Shown here one piece after another: positions 27,584-35,728 of a stretch of DNA of 64,000 nucleotides. The notes beneath the pieces were generated by a model, which was not told the origin of the DNA, ran no database searches, and saw only the letters and a program-made list of their open reading frames with translations. A program made the translations under genes and the position numbers. The DNA lies in contig JABHIW010000149.1 of NCBI GenBank assembly GCA_018670825.1, positions 3,894 to 67,893 of the forward strand. Direction: 5' to 3'. The stretch comes from Candidatus Scalindua sp. GTDB lineage: Bacteria > Planctomycetota > Brocadiia > Brocadiales > Scalinduaceae. How positions within the stretch are numbered: position 1 is the stretch's first letter; every line of letters starts with the position of its first letter.

Positions 27584-27833
27584 ATGAGGTTCGGATTGCA
27601 TGAATATGAGAGCAAGGTGCTGTCGCTTGCCAGATTTATACGAATATATCGTTTCGTTCGGGGTGGTGTTTTGCCAGTTTGAAAAACAAGTTTTGCGGCC
27701 AAAATGGTACTGTTTCCTCTCTGTGGACAAGGATTTTTCTGCTTGAAACAAATTTTTTAAGTGATAATATGAAATTTCGCAATATTGCGATTTTTTATAA
27801 ATTATACTATTTATGAGGTTTAAGGAGCATTTG

Positions 27834-28724
27834 ATGTCTGAGAAAAAGAGTGCAGAAAGAGTTGATTTTAATGAATTGAAAACCGGCGGTTTTATTAAAC
27901 AGAACCAGAAAGACCTTTTTACGGTTCGTTTAAGAGTCCCGGGAGGCAGACTTGACGTCGATAAGATGTCCAAGATTGCGGCAGTCGCTAAGAAATATAG
28001 TAAAATGGGTTATTGCCACCTTAGTTTCAGGCAGTCGGTTGAGATTATTGGTGTACATATAGATGATTTTGATGCAGCGGTAAAAGAGTTGGCAGCATTT
28101 GGGCAGCCAATAGCATCCTGCGGTCCCAGAATTCGTGTTCCGACAGCTTGCGGCGGTAATGAATATAATCCTAACGGAGTTATGGATGCACAGAAAAAAG
28201 CGCTGGAGGTAGACAAAGTGCTTTTTGGTACAAAATGCCCTCATAAATTTAAGATTTCATTTTCAGCCTGTCCGATCGACTGTGCCAGGACAAGGGGAAT
28301 GGATTTAGGGTTTCAAGGTGTTGTAGATCCAAATTATGAGGACGATCCGTGTACGGGATGTACTCTATGTGAAAAGGCGTGTCTGGAGGGAGCAATAGTT
28401 TCAGATGAAGATGGAAAGCCTGTTTTCGATAGAGAAAAATGTGTATTTTGTGGTGATTGTATAAAGGCGTGTCCTACTGATGCATGGACCCCAAAGCGAA
28501 AAGGATGGGCTGTTCGTGCAGGAGGAAAGCATGGAAGACATCCAAGGAAGGCAGATAACATTATGCTGTTCCTGCCGGATGAAAAGGTGTTGGACTACAT
28601 TAGCAAGACCGTCGAATGGTATAATGCAAATGGTGAGAGAGGGGAGAGGATCGGGACAACTTTTGACCGTGTCGGAGTGGAAAAATACAAAGAAGAGGTT
28701 GCGGGTCTTTTTGGTGACAGTTAA
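27834..28724 (+). CDS. small sulfite/nitrite-reductase-like protein with an inserted 2x[4Fe-4S] ferredoxin domain
   Basis: NIR/SIR ferredoxin-like half domain (TVRLRVPGGRL...), SFSACPIDCARTRG (CxxxC) and CTGCTLCEKAC...CVFCGDCIKACP. ATG 27834 has AAGGAG 6 nt upstream. Confidence 0.7.
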   Translation: MSEKKSAERVDFNELKTGGFIKQNQKDLFTVRLRVPGGRLDVDKMSKIAAVAKKYSKMGYCHLSFRQSVEIIGVHIDDFDAAVKELAAFGQPIASCGPRIRVPTACGGNEYNPNGVMDAQKKALEVDKVLFGTKCPHKFKISFSACPIDCARTRGMDLGFQGVVDPNYEDDPCTGCTLCEKACLEGAIVSDEDGKPVFDREKCVFCGDCIKACPTDAWTPKRKGWAVRAGGKHGRHPRKADNIMLFLPDEKVLDYISKTVEWYNANGERGERIGTTFDRVGVEKYKEEVAGLFGDS

Positions 28725-29141
28725 ATGGAAGAGAAGAAATTTGTATTATTTCTGCATAGCGGTAATTACGAAAAGTTATATCAGGCAGTGATGCTTGCCA
28801 TAACCGCCGCATCTATGGGGAGCAAGGTTCACATATTTTTGTTCTTCTGGGCTTTGAAGAAATTTGCGACTGATAAGCTGGATGTTATTGAGTTTCCTGC
28901 AGGGATGAATGACGAAGACAAGCGGTTGTTAGAAGCCGTACCGCAGGGGCAATCCAATATGCTGAAGGAGTTGTTAAGCGAAGTAGGTCAGATGGGAAAT
29001 TTGGAAATTTATGCCTGCAGCGGTGCGGTAAAATTAATGGGACTGGACGAAGAGCTGGTAAAAAGTAAAGTCGATGACATTATAGGATTGCCTACAATGT
29101 TGAAGATGGCTGAAGGCGCTGAAACTCAGTTGTTTATTTAA
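28725..29141 (+). CDS. DsrE/DsrF-like (DrsE_2) family protein
   Basis: KFVLFLHSGNYEKLYQAVMLAITAASMGSKVHIFLFFWAL...IYACSG pattern. Start abuts the upstream stop. Confidence 0.7.
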   Translation: MEEKKFVLFLHSGNYEKLYQAVMLAITAASMGSKVHIFLFFWALKKFATDKLDVIEFPAGMNDEDKRLLEAVPQGQSNMLKELLSEVGQMGNLEIYACSGAVKLMGLDEELVKSKVDDIIGLPTMLKMAEGAETQLFI

Positions 29142-29173
29142 CATTGGTAGTAAATTAGTTATTAAAGAAAATT

Positions 29174-29845
29174 GTGATCCACATTAATCGGCATTTAGAA
29201 AACCGGATGTTAAAAGAGGCGAAGACTGCCTACCCTCATGAATGTTGCGGTTTGCTTGTAGGTAATAGTAATGATTCTGGGAAAATAATACATGAGGTTT
29301 ATCCGGTTGAGAATAAAAATAAGGTAAGGGCTGCAGACAGGTACGAAATAGACCCTAAAGAGTTTGACAGAATAGATCGGGAGGCAACTAAAAAAGGATG
29401 GAATATAACAGGTATTTATCATTCACATCCGGATCATCCGGCGGAGCCGTCAGCATTTGATAAAGATTGTGCGTCTGTATGGACTGAGTATTCGTATATA
29501 ATCATATCCGTTAAAGATGGTATTGATGATGAGTTGAGATGTTGGCGTTTTGATGTCGAAAAGCAGGATGTTGAGGAAGAAGAAGTAAAGATAAGTAGGC
29601 GAGACTTTTTAATTGGCATGTCGTTTATCGTGTTTAGCTTTGTAGTCTATTTCGGCTTGTTCTCGATTCCGCTTTTCCCATTGACAAAAAAGGAAATGGC
29701 CAGTGCTGCTACTATAGGTTATCTGTTTAGCTGGGCTTTGACTGGGATAGGTATATTTTTCACGGGTAAGGAAGGTTATGAGTTTCTGAAGGAAAAATTT
29801 TTAAAGGGTTTTTTTAGAAAAATGTTAGGTAGAAAAGAAAAATGA
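29174..29845 (+). CDS. JAMM/MPN+ metalloprotease domain with two C-terminal transmembrane helices
   Basis: PHECCGLLVG and GIYHSHPDHPAEPSAFD (JAMM motif). C-terminal FLIGMSFIVFSFVVYFGLF and IGYLFSWALTGIGIFFTG. Confidence 0.8.
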   Translation: MIHINRHLENRMLKEAKTAYPHECCGLLVGNSNDSGKIIHEVYPVENKNKVRAADRYEIDPKEFDRIDREATKKGWNITGIYHSHPDHPAEPSAFDKDCASVWTEYSYIIISVKDGIDDELRCWRFDVEKQDVEEEEVKISRRDFLIGMSFIVFSFVVYFGLFSIPLFPLTKKEMASAATIGYLFSWALTGIGIFFTGKEGYEFLKEKFLKGFFRKMLGRKEK

Positions 29846-30078
29846 GTGAAAACGTTGCAGATGAAAAAATTGATTTGAGAGGGGTCCTTTGTCCGATTAA
29901 TTTTGTTAAGACAAAATTAAAGCTCGAAATGATGGAGGATGGGCAGGTTCTGGAAATCGCCCTGGATGATGGTGAGCCAATGAGAAACGTTCCGAGAAGT
30001 ATAAAAGAGGAAGGGCACAAAGTGGTGGCGGTTGAAAAAGTTGACGACGGATACAAGATATTTGTTAAAAAGAGCTAA
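29842..30078 (+). CDS. tusA: TusA/SirA-like sulfur carrier protein
   Basis: DLRGVLCPINFVKTKLKLEMMEDGQVLEIALDD... The ATG overlaps the JAMM stop (ATGA). Confidence 0.75.
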   Translation: MSENVADEKIDLRGVLCPINFVKTKLKLEMMEDGQVLEIALDDGEPMRNVPRSIKEEGHKVVAVEKVDDGYKIFVKKS

Positions 30079-30115
30079 TAGCTTTTTATGTTCGGCTTCA
30101 GTCAGGATCTATTAT

Positions 30116-30157
30116 GCAAAACAGCGAGTTTATTGCGTACTGCTGATTTGCGTTTTT
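30116..30157 (+). terminator. rho-independent terminator-like hairpin after the tusA-like gene
   Basis: gcaaaacagc (30116-30125) pairs 9/10 with gctgatttgc (30142-30151), followed by gttttt. Confidence 0.45.
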
Positions 30158-30344
30158 AATTCTCCTTTTTTTTGATAAGCTATTTGTAAATTTAATTAGA
30201 TGTGCTTCAGAAATAGTAGAATGATTATAGTGTGATTCTGGGCGAAGGGCTTGGGCTCCTTGGGCTGCTGTAGATATCGTAAAACTATCTGTCAAAGGTT
30301 CAGATGTGCTGGCAGATTTGTGATAATTTTTTTCAAATTAAATG

Positions 30345-30373
30345 TTGCGTTAATGGCAGATTATTGCTAGTAT
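30345..30373 (+). promoter_or_regulatory. sigma70-like promoter candidate for the Rieske/cyt b operon
   Basis: TTGCGT (30345-30350), 17-nt spacer, TAGTAT (30368-30373). Pattern match only. Confidence 0.25.
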
Positions 30374-30539
30374 GTGCGCGGTTATGTGTCACTCTTTTGT
30401 GTTCAAGAGAGTTTTATTATTGTTCCTTGCTATGCCGAAGTATTTGGGTCTAGGCCTTGCTTAGTTAAATAGTTCCGCAAATAAAGCAGAGAAAAGTAAA
30501 ATCGTTGATACCGTATCATCAATAATGGGGGTCTGAAAC

Positions 30540-31052
30540 ATGGCTAGTGATTTAAAAGAAAAAGAAGCTTCCAGTGGTAATATTTGGATAGGCAAGAGAG
30601 ATTTTTTTAGCTTGGCAGGCTGGGCAGTATTTCTTGTGACTGGCTTGGTCTATACTTTGAAATTGATGGGGCCAAAAAAGATGGGAGGATTTTTCTTCCC
30701 TACTGTTCTCTTTGAGCCGTCTCCTGTCTTTTCTGTTGGTTTGCCGGTGGACTTTCTGCCAGGTACCGTAACAACATTAAAGGCCAGGAAGGTCTTTATT
30801 GTCCGTGAGGGCAACAGCTTTAAGGCGATATCCGTTATATGTCAACACCTTGGCTGTGCAGTGCATTGGACAAAAGAAAAGAATATATTTGAGTGCCCAT
30901 GTCATGGAAGTAAATATTATAAGAGCGGAGTAAACTTTGCCGGTCCGGCTCCTAAGCCACTATACCATTACGATGTTAGTATGGCTGATGATGGTAAGCT
31001 GGTCGTGGATACAGAGAAGATAGTGCCTATAAATACTGAGTTGGTTGTTTAA
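30540..31052 (+). CDS. Rieske [2Fe-2S] subunit
   Basis: N-terminal TM helix. CQHLGCAVHW and CPCHGSKY Rieske boxes. Confidence 0.9.
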   Translation: MASDLKEKEASSGNIWIGKRDFFSLAGWAVFLVTGLVYTLKLMGPKKMGGFFFPTVLFEPSPVFSVGLPVDFLPGTVTTLKARKVFIVREGNSFKAISVICQHLGCAVHWTKEKNIFECPCHGSKYYKSGVNFAGPAPKPLYHYDVSMADDGKLVVDTEKIVPINTELVV

Positions 31053-31098
31053 TTGTCTTTAGTTCATGCTATTGGAAATTTATGTGAAAGGCGTGTAG

Positions 31099-32865
31099 AT
31101 GAGTCAATCAGCAGTTTCCGAGCAGGGGAATCGGGTCTCCCTTGAATTGGATTGGTTAGAAAAAAATATTCGTTGTCAGCATCGTTGTCCAGCACATATG
31201 GACATACCTGGTTACATACGCCTGATAAGTCAGGGTAAGTATCTGGAATCATACAAACTGATGCTGGAAACAAACCCGTTTCCTACCGTTTGTGGATATG
31301 TTTGTCCACGCCCCTGTGAGTCCAAATGTAAACGTGGTGATTTCGACAAACCTGTGTCAATCGACAACCTTAAAAGGTTTGTTACCGATTATATATACAA
31401 AAATAAAGTAAAGATTCCTGTCCCTGAGATAAAAAAGAGAGATGAAAAGGTTGCTATAATTGGAGCGGGTCCTGCCGGTTTAACAGCGGCAAACGATCTC
31501 GCTGGAATGGGATACCAGGTGACTGTATTTGAGAAGGAATCCAGGGTTGGTGGTATGATGATGTGGGCTATACCGTCTTACCGTCTGCCGCGCGATCAGA
31601 TAATGTTTGATGTGAGTAATATAGAGGCTCGTGGTGTTGAGATAAAGCTGAATACGCATTTTGGGAGTCCTGATAAAACAATTTCCGGGCTGTTGGAAGA
31701 AGGGTATAACGCAGTGTTTCTGGCTGTTGGCGCACAGAGAGGAAGGAAGCTTGAGGTTCCCGGAGAAGAGGGGACAGAGGGCGTCATGGATTGTCTTGAC
31801 TTTTTAAAGAATGTGAGTGCCGGTGACCTCAAAAGCCCTGGTAAAACAGTGGCGGTGATTGGAGGTGGTAACTCTGCGGTGGATGCTGCCAGAACGGCCA
31901 AAAGAATAACACCCGATGTTTATATAGTCTATAGAAGGACGCGAAATGAGATGCCGGCCCTCAAGCATGAGATTGAAGAGGCAGAGCTTGAAGGTGTTAA
32001 CTTTCACTATCTGGTTGCACCGGTGAAAGTTATTACTGAAAATGGGAAGGCAAAGGGACTTGAATGTGTCAAGATGGCACTGGGCGAGCCTGACAGCAGT
32101 GGAAGGCGAAGGCCTGAACCAATTCCTGGCTCAGAATTTGTAATTGATACAGACTGTATTATAACGGCGCTTAGTCAGGAGGCAGATTTGGAATTTCTAG
32201 GCGACGACAGTGGAATAGAGGCTACAAAGTGGGGAACACTTGTTGTGGACGATGGATTGCAAACCGCTAAAAAAGGTGTCTTTGCGGGTGGTGATGTGGC
32301 GTTGGGACCAAGTACGATTATTGAATGCATCGCTCAGGGGCATCTGGCATCTAAATCGATAGATTGCTACTTGAAAGGGGAAGACTTTAAGGAGTCCAAG
32401 GATAAAACATGGGTTACCCTGATAGAAGGAGATTATATCCAGGAGAGAGAAAGCAATTTTGACAGTACTCCTCGTGAGGAAATGGTAACAATACCTAAGT
32501 CGCAACGAGGGTCATTTGATCTGGTTGAGCTTGGATTTGCAGAGTCACAGGCGAAGATAGAGGCCGAACGATGTTTGAAATGTGATCTCAGTATCCAGGT
32601 TGTGGCTGAAGATTGTATACTCTGTGGCCGTTGCAGTAGTGTGTGTCCGGTTGATGCGCTGGAGCAGGTTGATGCAGATACAGGAGGTGATTATAAGCCT
32701 CATGTTAGTAGAGACGGGGTTGTGATAAGGCATACCGATGTGTGTATCAGATGCGGGAATTGCAAAGATTGCCCTGTGGATGCAATTAACATGAAGCGCG
32801 TATTTTGGGAGCCTAATGAAGAAATTAATAAATCACCTAAAGCACAAGTAGCTAGTAGTGATTAG
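31099..32865 (+). CDS. GltD-like NAD(P)H/FAD oxidoreductase subunit with N-terminal Fe-S region and C-terminal 2x[4Fe-4S] ferredoxin
   Basis: CGYVCPRPCESKC, VAIIGAGPAGLTAA, VAVIGGGNSAVDAA, FAGGD, and C-terminal CILCGRCSSVCP / CIRCGNCKDCP. Confidence 0.85.
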   Translation: MSQSAVSEQGNRVSLELDWLEKNIRCQHRCPAHMDIPGYIRLISQGKYLESYKLMLETNPFPTVCGYVCPRPCESKCKRGDFDKPVSIDNLKRFVTDYIYKNKVKIPVPEIKKRDEKVAIIGAGPAGLTAANDLAGMGYQVTVFEKESRVGGMMMWAIPSYRLPRDQIMFDVSNIEARGVEIKLNTHFGSPDKTISGLLEEGYNAVFLAVGAQRGRKLEVPGEEGTEGVMDCLDFLKNVSAGDLKSPGKTVAVIGGGNSAVDAARTAKRITPDVYIVYRRTRNEMPALKHEIEEAELEGVNFHYLVAPVKVITENGKAKGLECVKMALGEPDSSGRRRPEPIPGSEFVIDTDCIITALSQEADLEFLGDDSGIEATKWGTLVVDDGLQTAKKGVFAGGDVALGPSTIIECIAQGHLASKSIDCYLKGEDFKESKDKTWVTLIEGDYIQERESNFDSTPREEMVTIPKSQRGSFDLVELGFAESQAKIEAERCLKCDLSIQVVAEDCILCGRCSSVCPVDALEQVDADTGGDYKPHVSRDGVVIRHTDVCIRCGNCKDCPVDAINMKRVFWEPNEEINKSPKAQVASSD

Positions 32866-32924
32866 GGCGTTGGTTTAATGAAGTGGATTTGTTTAATAAG
32901 TGATATTAAAAAGGGGACGCATAA

Positions 32925-33695
32925 ATGAATTTAATCTTATATTTGATCAGGAAGCTTACGGAAACTGAAGTATGGAAATCGGTATTTCGGCATGGCTATA
33001 CAGATACTCCCAGGAACAGGGCGCTTCAGACTATAAGCAATGTATGGTTGCATTTGCATCCCGTAAAGGTTCCAAAGCACGCGGTTAAAATTCGGTATAC
33101 ATGGTGTCTGGGCGGGCTAACATTCTTCATTTTTCTTTATTTAACAGTAACGGGTGTCCTGCTGATGTTTTATTATGTTCCGGATGTTAATCGGGCATAT
33201 GCGGATATGATTGATCTGATGTATGTTGTTCCTTTAGGTCGTTTGCTAAGAACATCGCATCGCTGGGCGGGACATGCCATGGTAATAACCGTTTGTTTTC
33301 ATATGTTGAGGGTGTTTCTTACCGGTTCTTATAAGGCCCCGCGCCAATTTAACTGGGTTTTGGGTGTACTGTTGTTAGTGCTAACATTCCTATTGAGCTT
33401 TACCGGATATTTGTTGCCGTGGGATCAGCTTGGATACTGGGCAATAATGGTGGGGACAAACATGGGAGCGGCAACTCCTGTTATGGGTTACCAGGGTCCC
33501 TTTGCAGAGATGTTAGGTGTTAAGATTAATAACGATATTCGTTTTGCTCTCTTAGGTGGTACACAAATTGATGCTCCGTCTTTGCTGCGAGCGTACGTGT
33601 GGCATTGCATCGGAATACCGATAATTTCGGGAGCGTTGATGATTCTTCATTTTTGGCGTGTTAGAAAAGACGGTGGTATTTCAGGGCCTCTATAA
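32925..33695 (+). CDS. cytochrome b (b6-like N-terminal half)
   Basis: Four-helix core with a RxxHRWxxHxM-type segment ([24 protein letters not shown]) and [11 protein letters not shown]. Confidence 0.85.
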   Translation: MNLILYLIRKLTETEVWKSVFRHGYTDTPRNRALQTISNVWLHLHPVKVPKHAVKIRYTWCLGGLTFFIFLYLTVTGVLLMFYYVPDVNRAYADMIDLMYVVPLGRLLRTSHRWAGHAMVITVCFHMLRVFLTGSYKAPRQFNWVLGVLLLVLTFLLSFTGYLLPWDQLGYWAIMVGTNMGAATPVMGYQGPFAEMLGVKINNDIRFALLGGTQIDAPSLLRAYVWHCIGIPIISGALMILHFWRVRKDGGISGPL

Positions 33696-33714
33696 ATAGT
33701 TGGGAGAATTTTTT

Positions 33715-34437
33715 ATGTCAAATAATGCAGATGCGCAAGTAGCAAAGAATAATAAAACAGAGAAAGTCTTTTCGTGGCCAAACTTGGTGGCGAAGGAGTT
33801 TATAGCAGCAATTCTATGTACCGTTATATTGCTTGCTTATTCATACTATGTTGATGCTCCGCTGAGGGAGCTTGCCAATCCGGGAGAGCCTGAGAATCCA
33901 GCAAAAGCACCATGGTATTTTTTAGGATTGCAGGAGATTCTCGTCTATTTTGATCCATGGATTGCAGGTGTTGTTGTTCCCAGTATTATACTTATGGGGT
34001 TGATGGCAATCCCGTATATAGATACGAATCCTAAGGGGAATGGGGGTTACTGCTTCTGGGATAGAAGATTTGCGATAACGGTTTTCTTGTTTGGATTTAT
34101 TTTTTGGTATGCTCTTATAGTGGTGGGTACGTACATGAGAGGGCCGTTCTGGTCGTTTTTCTGGCCTTGGGAGACATGGAGTTTTGATTTTCCAACCCCT
34201 CCGCCGTCGATAAGCTTACCAAACTGGCTGGGTATTCCTGCTCTTCTTGCCTATTTTGGATTTGGAATGTTGGTGCCTGCAGTCTTATTCTGGAAATTTG
34301 CTAAACAGCTCGGCTTTATCAGATATAACATCACGATGAGTCTATTATTGTTGATGATAGGAGTTCTTGTGAAAATTGCTTTAAGGCTTATGTTTAACAT
34401 TAAGTATATATTACAGACTCCTTGGTTTAACATTTAA
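33715..34437 (+). CDS. cytochrome b C-terminal half / subunit IV-like membrane protein
   Basis: PAKAPWYFLGLQEIL (PEWY-region equivalent) and several TM helices. ATG 33715 preferred over TTG 33700. Confidence 0.7.
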   Translation: MSNNADAQVAKNNKTEKVFSWPNLVAKEFIAAILCTVILLAYSYYVDAPLRELANPGEPENPAKAPWYFLGLQEILVYFDPWIAGVVVPSIILMGLMAIPYIDTNPKGNGGYCFWDRRFAITVFLFGFIFWYALIVVGTYMRGPFWSFFWPWETWSFDFPTPPPSISLPNWLGIPALLAYFGFGMLVPAVLFWKFAKQLGFIRYNITMSLLLLMIGVLVKIALRLMFNIKYILQTPWFNI

Positions 34438-34495
34438 ATATTCCGAACACGAGGATTGATTTATTTTTTTCTATTTTTTCGAGAGAAGTAAACAA

Positions 34496-35602
34496 ATGAA
34501 AAAGAAATTATTTTTGTTATCCAGTATATTACTGCTAGTTATCACTTTCATGTGGGTTAAGAATATGTTGGAACCAGAATGGAAGCAATATCAGGTTGAG
34601 TATTATGAACAACAGCGAAAAGCGGTAGAGAAAAAGCTGCAAAGCGCAACTGACGAAGAAGAAATCGCAACATTGGAAAATAAGCTCGCTAAGTTACAAA
34701 AACCTAAGTATGAAATTAAGCAGATTCTTCTAAAAGGAGATTATGGTTGGGCTCAACAGAGTAACGGGCAGAAAACCGATAGATGTATGACTTGTCATAT
34801 TGATGAAGCAAAGTTGACTGCGTCTCATGAAACGGTAGTTAAAAGCTTCCCGTTTGATATTTATGGATGTACAGTATGTCACGGTGGATCAGGTCGATCA
34901 CTTGAAGAGAAACACGCACATCACGGTATTTTCAAACATAAGAGGGCGATGCGCCAAAGGTTAGATCATGCTGATGTTCTTTTTGATATGTGGGAAGAGA
35001 TGGCTACTCTTTCGCTCGAAGAGGGTACAGAGTGGGCTAGTTTTAAAGATCGTACCATAACAGGTGAGAAGGCTATATATATGGGTAGTGGCAAATGTAT
35101 GAGGTGTCATACTGGCCTGACAGCGCCACATGTAGAGCGATGGAAGAGAGTTAAATTCGAAAGCTTTAATGTTATCAAAGAAGCACCGGATTTCATTAAA
35201 GGAGATGAAGAGTATAGGAAAAAATGTTATGAGTGCCACACGACAGGCTATAACAAGGAAACGGGTACGTACGAAGAAGAGGGGATAACCTGTGAGGCAT
35301 GTCACGGTCCTGGTGAGGTGTTTGCGACCTTCATGGACATTGGTAAGGCAACTGAAGGGCAGAAAATAGCTAAAATAACACCCGCCTATAATAAATGTGG
35401 AGGAACTGAAGGGTGTCACAGAAGTAGAAGGCATGAGATGAGGGTCAAATTCTTCAGAGACAGTAAAGAGCATGATCCGTATGAGTGGTTTAAGCCAAAG
35501 TATAAAAGGATTGTGACTGAGGCATTACAGAAAAAGAAAAGTGGTACCAACAAAAAGAGTGATCCCACATTGCCAAAGCATAATATTCGCTTTGTTAGAT
35601 AG
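34496..35602 (+). CDS. membrane-anchored multihaem cytochrome c (5 CxxCH plus one CX5CH candidate)
   Basis: N-terminal TM anchor. CMTCH, CTVCH, CMRCH, CYECH, CEACH, and CGGTEGCH. Confidence 0.85.
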   Translation: MKKKLFLLSSILLLVITFMWVKNMLEPEWKQYQVEYYEQQRKAVEKKLQSATDEEEIATLENKLAKLQKPKYEIKQILLKGDYGWAQQSNGQKTDRCMTCHIDEAKLTASHETVVKSFPFDIYGCTVCHGGSGRSLEEKHAHHGIFKHKRAMRQRLDHADVLFDMWEEMATLSLEEGTEWASFKDRTITGEKAIYMGSGKCMRCHTGLTAPHVERWKRVKFESFNVIKEAPDFIKGDEEYRKKCYECHTTGYNKETGTYEEEGITCEACHGPGEVFATFMDIGKATEGQKIAKITPAYNKCGGTEGCHRSRRHEMRVKFFRDSKEHDPYEWFKPKYKRIVTEALQKKKSGTNKKSDPTLPKHNIRFVR

Positions 35603-35728
35603 ATCAGTGTGGTTTTATGCTAAAAAAGTGATAGCTTAATAATGTAATTAGTTTGTTGTTCAAATATATACTTTTGAATGTTTATGTTTCGTTGTAATTT
35701 TAGATAAAAGAAAGGGAGGATTTTCATA

